DNA of 36,965 bases from Atribacterota bacterium. Its GTDB lineage: Bacteria > Atribacterota > Phoenicimicrobiia > Phoenicimicrobiales > Stramentimicrobiaceae. The notes below the pieces were generated by a model. It had not been told where the DNA came from, searched no databases, and was given only the letters and a program-made list of their open reading frames with translations. The stretch spans positions 1 through 36,965 of the forward strand of contig JAXGTM010000002.1 in assembly GCA_040774925.1 (NCBI GenBank), written 5' to 3'. A program made the position numbers and the translations under genes. Shown here one piece after another: positions 18,899 to 26,500 of this stretch (position 1 is its first letter; every line of letters begins with the position of its first letter).

Positions 18899-19849
18899 TT
18901 ATACAATTCTTAATGCAAAGACCGGGCAATGTGGTATGCAATAGCCACAGGTCAGGCACAAATTATAATCAACATTAGCCTTACAGTTTCTTATAGACAG
19001 GGCATAGTTTGGGCACACATCGACACAAGTTCCGCATCCCTCACAAAAACTTGAAACAAATAGTTTCTTTCTGGTAAAACTCTCTTGAAATAATTCTTCC
19101 TGGGTAACTTTTTGGTCTTCAAATATTTTTAGGTTTATTTCTAACTCCCTTTGGTTCACCATCCCTATTGAGATAGATTGTATTTCCTCAATATTCCTGA
19201 CAAAACTAATCGCCGTTACTAATTTAGAAAAGAGATAGCCACCTGCCAGGACTTTCATTGCATAGATCCCTTTACTATTTTTATATGCTTTTTTTATTGC
19301 CCCAACCATATCTTCTGGTTGTCCGCCTACGATTCCCAATCCCAGCAGATTAATAATAGGAAAAATAATATCAATTTCTTCTCTTTTAGCAGACTCTTCA
19401 ACTACTTCAACGGCATGTGCAGAAACACCAATAGCTCTTATCAAGCCTTTCTTTTTCAGATCTTTCAGTGCTGATAATGCACCTGCTCTTTTTTGAAAAA
19501 TTAATTTATCTTCCCTTGCTGCATGCAGATGAAAAATATCAATATAATTCCTGTTCAACTCTCGACAGGCTTCTACAACTGCCTCTTCCATCTCCTGATA
19601 AGTAATGGCATGGGATTTACTGGAAATAACTACATCTCCTTGATAACCAGCAAGAGCCTTCTTAATGTAGGGGTAGGTCTGATAAGCCTGTGCAGTGTCT
19701 AGAAAATTAATACCGGAATCCAGCCCTTTCCTTATTATGTCGGCACCTTCATCGAGCGGCATATTTATTTGTAACGGTCCCATAGGTAGAGTCCCAAAGC
19801 ATAGTTCACTAACCCTTATTCCCGTATTACCCAGAACATTATATTTCAT
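18899..19849 (-). CDS. Aldo/keto reductase fused to a C-terminal 2x[4Fe-4S] ferredoxin domain
   Basis: The N-terminal ~260 aa are AKR-like (GNTGIRVSELCFGT, INFLDTAQAY, IDIFHLH). The C-terminus carries two CxxCxxCxxxCP clusters (CEGCGTCVDVCP, CLTCGYCIPHCP). ATG start with GGGAGGAG upstream. Confidence 0.85.
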   Translation of the reverse strand: MKYNVLGNTGIRVSELCFGTLPMGPLQINMPLDEGADIIRKGLDSGINFLDTAQAYQTYPYIKKALAGYQGDVVISSKSHAITYQEMEEAVVEACRELNRNYIDIFHLHAAREDKLIFQKRAGALSALKDLKKKGLIRAIGVSAHAVEVVEESAKREEIDIIFPIINLLGLGIVGGQPEDMVGAIKKAYKNSKGIYAMKVLAGGYLFSKLVTAISFVRNIEEIQSISIGMVNQRELEINLKIFEDQKVTQEELFQESFTRKKLFVSSFCEGCGTCVDVCPNYALSIRNCKANVDYNLCLTCGYCIPHCPVFALRIV

Positions 19850-20166
19850 AATTCCCTACTCCTCCCTCTCGTTACTACTATCCTTTCGAGAGTAATATTA
19901 ATATTATTGTGATATTTAAATAGTTATATTTTCAAAGTAAAACATTTTATGAACCAACCAGGAGTCATTTGAATAAAATTTTTTATTAATAGCAATTATG
20001 GTTAAAATAGTATATTATAAAAAATGTTTTTTCTTAATACTGTTAATAAATAATTTCCAAAAAAATAAGCAGTTAACAAATCAGAATATTTGATTAAAAA
20101 TTAATTAACAAAACTAATTTTACTTTTACTATGGTTTTAAGATTTTACAGGAATTAAGTATTTTTA

Positions 20167-20853
20167 TTATCCATTATTAATACTGTCCAGATAGGTACAG
20201 TAAGCAGAGCCGGTTTCGGTAATAACTATTTCTTCTTCCTGTCTTCGAATAAATTTTAAAAACTTCAATATTTCTAGAATAGCCTCACCTTCTTTTTCAT
20301 CAATAGCCATTTCTCGAACAGTTTCCTGAAAAGATTTTTCTGTAACATAATGTTTTTCATAAATATCATAGAGCACATTTTTACTGTTTGGAACTAAAAG
20401 ATTATCAGCAAGAAGAAATAACCATTTCACATTTTCTTTTTTCTCTTTTTTTAACCGCTCCAGTATCCTGGAAATGTCTTCTTCTCTAAGTTTTTCCTCT
20501 TCTTTCTCCAGATTTATCTTATCAATCCAGGCCATAACTGTTCCAGAAATTATCTCCTGAAATCTCCTCTCATCTTTAAATACATCTGGAATTGTATGAT
20601 GCTTTTGCAGTGATACGGGAGCCATCAGAAGGTTGCTCTTGACCTTTTTATCTAAAAAATGAAAAATGTTTTCTTGATACAAGAAGATAGCACAAAACGC
20701 GGAAACAAAGAATAGAGCAATCTCTGAATTAGTCAACTCTACCCATCCCGCTTTATCAAAGGGCCAGAAAAGTACAGCTAATAACATGGTAAGCAGGCAT
20801 AAAATTCCATAAGGCAGGATAGTCAATAATATTTTGCGTATATGGTTTTCCAT
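20167..20853 (-). CDS. Hypothetical membrane protein (2 TM N-terminus, charged cytoplasmic C-terminal domain)
   Basis: The ORF track opens at TTG 20862; the in-frame ATG at 20853 (MENHIRK...) is preferred. There are two hydrophobic helices, then a Glu/Lys-rich segment and an alpha-helical tail. I recognise no family. Confidence 0.55.
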   Translation of the reverse strand: MENHIRKILLTILPYGILCLLTMLLAVLFWPFDKAGWVELTNSEIALFFVSAFCAIFLYQENIFHFLDKKVKSNLLMAPVSLQKHHTIPDVFKDERRFQEIISGTVMAWIDKINLEKEEEKLREEDISRILERLKKEKKENVKWLFLLADNLLVPNSKNVLYDIYEKHYVTEKSFQETVREMAIDEKEGEAILEILKFLKFIRRQEEEIVITETGSAYCTYLDSINNG

Positions 20854-20894
20854 TTTTCTCAAACCATTAATTTTTATTTTTCTTAAATACAGAA

Positions 20895-21413
20895 TTATAA
20901 TTCATCTAATACTTTTATTATTGCAGATAGAAATACAGGTAAGTCTTTAGGCATTCTTGATGAAACCAGATGGTGGTCTATAACAACTTCTTGATCTAGA
21001 TAATTGGCTCCTGCATTTATGAGGTCATCTTTGATGGCAAAGACACAGGTAGCATCTTTTTCATTTAGAATCCCTGCCGAAATAGCTACCCATGCTGCAT
21101 GGCATATAATGGCAACCAGACCATCTCTTTCAAATATTTTACGGACAAAGCTGAGTATCCTGGGATATCTGCGCAGGTGATCAGGTGCATAGCCGCCCGG
21201 AATAACTACTCCAATATAGTCTTCTGCATTCACCTCGCTGATTGCAAAATCGGCATCTGCCGGATACTGATGTTTACTGAAATAGGTCTTTTTTTCAGGT
21301 CCGACAAGACATACATCATAGCCTTCCTCTTTAAGTCTGTAATAGGGGTACCATAATTCCAGGTCTTCATATAAATTTTCAACCAATATGGCAACTTTTT
21401 TAACGTTTTTCAT
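20895..21413 (-). CDS. DJ-1/PfpI family protein (class I glutamine-amidotransferase-like)
   Basis: 172 aa: VAILVENLYEDLELWYPYYRL, VVIPGGYAP, and the nucleophile-elbow Cys-His in VAIICHAAW. AGGAGGGG Shine-Dalgarno sequence upstream of the ATG. Confidence 0.88.
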   Translation of the reverse strand: MKNVKKVAILVENLYEDLELWYPYYRLKEEGYDVCLVGPEKKTYFSKHQYPADADFAISEVNAEDYIGVVIPGGYAPDHLRRYPRILSFVRKIFERDGLVAIICHAAWVAISAGILNEKDATCVFAIKDDLINAGANYLDQEVVIDHHLVSSRMPKDLPVFLSAIIKVLDEL

Positions 21414-21617
21414 TTTTGCCCCTCCTAAACTATATTACTCATATACTATTAATACTATCATAAAATAAAGTGATAAAAAAGTAATTTATAATCCTTTTCA
21501 AGCATATTGATAATATTTTCTTGATATTATGTAATAACTTTTTTATTGTTAAAAATAGAACAGCTTTTATAAAGAGGTTCTTTAAAAATGTTATTGAAAT
21601 AATATATTGAACAAGGA

Positions 21618-21694
<77 letters not shown>

Positions 21695-21723
21695 AATAAT
21701 AGGTATTTGTAAGAGGTATTATA

Positions 21724-22263
21724 TCATAACATCGGCAATGAAACCACAGATTTGATTCTAACAGCTAAAAAAGTTGCTGTTATTACTTTTAAACAATCAC
21801 CAGGTAAAAAGGGTACAATCCCTACCATGACAGCATCTTTTATTCCAATTTTGGCAAATAATATTAGTTGAGTTACTCCTGTAAGATATATAATTATCAT
21901 TCCCAAAATTCCTATTGAGAGGTATACATATACATTCATATTTTTTATGTTTTCAATTAACATACCAACTATATATGAAGATAGAACAAAGCCGATTAAA
22001 AACCCTCCGGTTGGACCCAACAATACCCCAGGACCAGCTCTAAACCCTGAAAATACTGGCAATCCGACTGTTCCGACAAATATATATATTAACTGGCTGA
22101 AAGCACCTAATTTGCCACCTAAAACCATTCCAGATAAAATAGTAAACATATTTTGCATACTTATTGGAACCATACCGATGGGAATTGTAACAAAAGCACC
22201 AACGGCAGTTAGTGCCGCAAAAAGAGAGACAAGTATCATCTGTCTGGTATTAATTTTTTTCAT
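21724..22263 (-). CDS. bioY: Biotin transporter BioY (ECF S-component)
   Basis: FAALTAVGAFVTIPIGMVPISMQNMFTILSGMVLGGKLG...GLPVFSG is the characteristic BioY N-terminal block. About 6 TM. The ORF track opens at TTG 22269; the ATG at 22263 is preferred. Confidence 0.9.
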   Translation of the reverse strand: MKKINTRQMILVSLFAALTAVGAFVTIPIGMVPISMQNMFTILSGMVLGGKLGAFSQLIYIFVGTVGLPVFSGFRAGPGVLLGPTGGFLIGFVLSSYIVGMLIENIKNMNVYVYLSIGILGMIIIYLTGVTQLILFAKIGIKDAVMVGIVPFLPGDCLKVITATFLAVRIKSVVSLPML

Positions 22264-22322
22264 TTGCAAGTCTTATATTTTCGCTTTCTTAAATATTTTC
22301 TTACGAAATTTTTTCCTTATAC

Positions 22323-23570
22323 TTATAATTTTTTATGTATGTAGCTGGATAATTTTCCTAGACAATGCACATAGCTTCCATATTCGTTGTCATACCAACC
22401 AAAAATGGTTAAATGGGTAATAGGGATATTTATCATCTTGGAGCTGTTTCCCATTCCTATCTCCCGGAGCATTTCAGGATCAAAACTGATAAAACTCGTT
22501 CTTGTATGAGTAGCATGTCCCTCTATGGTAACAGCGGCAAGCTTTCCTTTTAAATCAGACGATACATTCTGATTAGTGCTGAAACATAAGAGCTCTTTTT
22601 GTGGTCCTTGTGCAGCTTCCTGATATATATCATTTATAAGCTCTCTGTTTACAACAGAATTTCCCTTTTTATCTAATCTGCTGTGAAAGGTTAGATTCAA
22701 TATAATTAGTGAGACTGTATCAGTAGGGATTCGAACCGAATCTGCCATAAAACCAATTCTTTTTACTTCCGGTAATACTTTTTCCAGTGCACTTGCAGCT
22801 CCTGTAGTAGAAAGAATTATATTATTAAAGACCATCCTATTTTTTCTCAGATCTGTGTCACCAGCACCGGGCAGGGAATCGAGCACTCTTTGACTGTTAG
22901 TTGCAGCATGTATGGTAGACAATGATGCTGTTAAAATATTTCTGGTCTCTTCTCTCTCAAGCAAAGGCTTAACCATATGTGCCAGAGCTGTAGTTGTACA
23001 TGAAGCAGCAGAAACAATTCTATGTTTATCCTGAATAAAGGAAAAATGGTTTATACCATAAATAAGAGTGGTACAATCTTCCGGTAATTTTTTCGACTTA
23101 TCTTTTATTTTGAAAGGCGCACTATTAATAACTTTCTCAGCTCCAGCAAGAATATGTCCCCTAAGAGAACCTCTGTCATTATCTTCAAAAACACCAGGAT
23201 CGTTAAAAGCGCCTGTGGAATCAACAACTAATTTAACCCCGTATTCCTTCCAGTTGATATTTTTTGGATTCCTATCTTTGCAGAGAATTTTTACAGGTTT
23301 TCCAAATATTTCTAAAAGATTCTTCTCTTCATCAATAATTTTTATACCATTTTGTGCTTTTATTCCAAATAAGAATTTTTCCATAGGACCATAAGTCGAA
23401 TCAGACCCAATAAGATTAGCAATGTCTGTGAGACTCTTTCCTACAGAACGGCCAGTATTTATAACAAAGCTATCAAAATAATTTTCATGCAATTGATACC
23501 ATAGGGTTAATTTCCCAATTCTTCCCAATCCGTTAATGCCCAAACAACTTTTTTTATCTTTTAAATCCAA
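22323..23570 (-). CDS. Atypically long glyceraldehyde-3-phosphate-dehydrogenase-family oxidoreductase
   Basis: 415 aa. Rossmann motif GINGLGRIGKL. Catalytic SAASCTTTALAHMVKPL (Cys191 codon 22998-23000). TIHAATNSQRVLD (catalytic His plus Thr), DLRKNR, STTGAASALEKVLPE, SVRIPT and the C-terminal WYDNEYG are all present. There are several insertions relative to ~335-aa GAPDHs. The TTG start directly abuts the TGA of the upstream gene. Confidence 0.85.
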   Translation of the reverse strand: MDLKDKKSCLGINGLGRIGKLTLWYQLHENYFDSFVINTGRSVGKSLTDIANLIGSDSTYGPMEKFLFGIKAQNGIKIIDEEKNLLEIFGKPVKILCKDRNPKNINWKEYGVKLVVDSTGAFNDPGVFEDNDRGSLRGHILAGAEKVINSAPFKIKDKSKKLPEDCTTLIYGINHFSFIQDKHRIVSAASCTTTALAHMVKPLLEREETRNILTASLSTIHAATNSQRVLDSLPGAGDTDLRKNRMVFNNIILSTTGAASALEKVLPEVKRIGFMADSVRIPTDTVSLIILNLTFHSRLDKKGNSVVNRELINDIYQEAAQGPQKELLCFSTNQNVSSDLKGKLAAVTIEGHATHTRTSFISFDPEMLREIGMGNSSKMINIPITHLTIFGWYDNEYGSYVHCLGKLSSYIHKKL

Positions 23571-26500
23571 TCAAAGTGCCCCTCTTTCATTAAAGTAGGT
23601 GATTTGCTCCAGACCAATAGCATGATGACCCTTATAGATATTCCCAAGATAGGCATCTATAGCAATTTTATCACCTGTTTTAAATTCATTATTATTAATA
23701 AAACATCTTTTTTCCTTTTCTAATACTGTTAAATGCTTACAATTTACTATACAAATCTTCCCAAGCTGTGCTGCTGTAACAGCAGCATGAGATGTAACTC
23801 CTCCGCGTGCAGTCAAAAGTCCATCACAATCAAATATCATTTCTATATCATCGGGCACGGTATCTGGTCTGATTAATATCTTATTATCCTCAGGGTATCT
23901 TTCTGTAAGCATATTTATATCATCCAGATTAAAAGCTACCCGCCCATTTATTGCCCCTCTTCCTATACCAATTCCCATTCCAACAAGATAATTGAGGATT
24001 TCAGGGCTGGTAAAAATAGGGGTCTTCTCTTCTTCTTTTAACACATAGGGCCTGGTCTGTAATATATGTAAATCCTTTTTATGTTTAGATTTAAAGGTGA
24101 ATTCGATCTCTTGGTGCTCATATCCTTTTTCATAGATTAACTCCCTTGCTAATTTTAACAACCTCTGATAGATCTGGGGAAATTGTACTTCCAGAGATTC
24201 TCCTTTAAGGTGTGGGAATTTTTCATTTTGAAATTCAGATATTGGCAGGGTATAGACCAGTCCGGAAACAATATCCTCTCCCTGACTGCAAATAGTAAAA
24301 TCACCGTACAAGGTAACCTCAGGACTTTTTTCAAATGGAATTTTAGTAAAAATAACTCCTGCACCTGATCTGGTATTAATATTTCCTAAAACCATCTCCT
24401 GTACTATTACAGCTGTTCCCCATTCTTCGGCAATCTGAAGTTTTTTGCGAAATATCTGAGCCCTATCGTTGTACCAGGATTGAAATACAAACAATATAGC
24501 CTGAATCAATTGCTTGAAAGGATCTTCTTCTAATACAATCCCATGTTTTAACAACAATGTTTTGTAAGCAAAAGCAATCTCTTTCATCTGTTCTTTGCTA
24601 AAGTCTTTCTTTTCTTTAACCTGGTGAATTTTCTTATGCTTAAGAATAAGTTTATCAAATTCATCACGCTCAATCCCATTAGCCATTCCCCAGTTTTGTA
24701 ATAATCTTCTATATGAGTCCCATGCTGCCCAACCATATTTTGAAACTTTGCTTAAGCTTTCAGCAATCTCATCATTCATTCCTATGTTTAAAATGGAATC
24801 CATCGCTCCCGGCATAGGAATAACCGTACCAGAGCGAACTGCTAACAATAGTGGATTTTTAGGATCACCAAGTTTTTTCTTTGTAATTCTTTCTAATTCC
24901 ACAAGTTTCGCTCTAATCATCCCCAAAATGGCCTGATACATTTCCGGAAATTCCATGATGGCTTTTCTGTCTCTAAACCATTCTGTTGTTAAGACAAATC
25001 CTGGCGGTATGGGAAATTTGTAAGAGTACAATTTTTTTAAATAGTATGCTTTAGCTCCCAAAAATATCTGATTATCCACTTTGGGATTGGGTTTATGCAA
25101 AGAAGTTGATAATAATCTTGGATTATAATTTAACAGCATATGTATAACATCTGGCTTTAACCTTCCCAGCATATTCCTCAGTGTACTTAAGATTTTGGAA
25201 ACATAGTTATCCAGACTTTGCACTAAGAAGGACGATACTATCATCTCTCTGTAAAATTCTTCTGATCTTCTGTAAATAATGTGTTCACGGGAAACATTGT
25301 TTTTATTGCTGCTCTTTAATTTCTGCTCTATGATAGTCTTCAGTGAAGGATTGAATGGGAGTATGTAATAATTATCAATTATTTCTTTTATATTAAGAGT
25401 AATAAAAGAAAAAATATTTACAAACTGTTCCATTGAAAAAGTAGTGGTTTTAAAACTATAGTTTAGCATTTCTAAATGTGAATTAAAATTCTCATTGATA
25501 ATGCCATTTAGACTTAGTCCCTCTTTAAAAAGATCAAGAATTTTGGCTGCACTATGAAAGCCGTCAATAGTCATATAATCAAGATTTCTCTGGCTAATCA
25601 GCTTATGTATAAGATAATCGACAAGCTTCTCTAAACGCAATATTAATCCCATGGCTTCAAATTTTTTTTCATAGTATTGACCATACATGGATGGAATTCC
25701 AGATGCTATATGGCGTTTGAAATATAAACTCTCCTGGGCTTCACTTCTAGCAGGCTCCAGAATAATTTTTTTCAAATCAGAAATCATGCTGTAGACCAGT
25801 TTTATGGCAATATCATAATTGTTTTTTTTAATAAATCTTTTTAATTTATCTATTTCTTTGATAGAAAAAAAGTTTGATTGCAATAAATCGTGTGATATAA
25901 ACTTGTAATCAAGAGTGTATTTATGTTTTAAAAGTTGATATAATTCGATTAAATAGGCAACACGCTGGGTGACATCTGTTCTAACATTACTGATATGCGC
26001 TAAAGACTTTTGTATTTCATTTATGTCTTCTTCCAGAATATCTTCGGGACTCATTTTTAATCTATCACAAAGTGAATTAACAGTATGATGTATCTCATTA
26101 AACCATTCTTCTGAAGCAGGCAACTCATTTTGAACATCTCTTGGAAGGTATTTTAGAAGAGGCTGGCGGTTTTTATCATGCCAATAAAAAAAGATTTTTC
26201 TAATTAATTCAATCTGTGAGTTATTACTCTCTGTATGCACCTGTTTCCTTAAAAAATGAATCAGTCTGTCTTCACCATAGGAGAGTTTGTCAATTTCTGT
26301 GGATATTTCTCTAATCTTCCCTTCTGCACCAATGGTACTGAAATAGACCGGGAAAAGATTAAGCAACTGCTTTATTAAAACATAATTTGATCTGATATCA
26401 CTATTGAGCAGCTGGCTAATATCTCTTTGAAAAAGATCTTCATCACGTATAAGCACTCCACCTACTTTCAAATTAACAATTAAAGCTGATATTAATTTGC

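Noticed and set aside
19866-19892. Hairpin CTCTCG-N15-CGAGAG immediately upstream of the Shine-Dalgarno sequence of the AKR-ferredoxin gene
   Set aside because: The stem is 6 bp with a 15-nt loop, so it is thermodynamically marginal. It does not sequester the Shine-Dalgarno sequence. It is noted but not reportable.
21947-22420. 157-aa plus-strand ORF antisense to bioY and the 3' end of the GAPDH-like gene
   Set aside because: It spans two convincingly assigned minus-strand genes plus their spacer. It is Pro/Asn/Ile-rich with no recognisable fold. Other antisense ORFs are rejected on the same grounds: 12307-12546, 12343-12636, 12799-13089, 13562-14090, 14138-14329, 14560-14751, 15438-15702, 16192-16389, 17780-18004, 19695-19895, 21099-21356, 23068-23394, 24155-24368, 24748-24936, 29367-29603, 30400-30585, 31330-31536, 31688-31882, 32014-32199, 32380-32589, 33296-33532, 34077-34274, 35194-35454 and 35473-35655.
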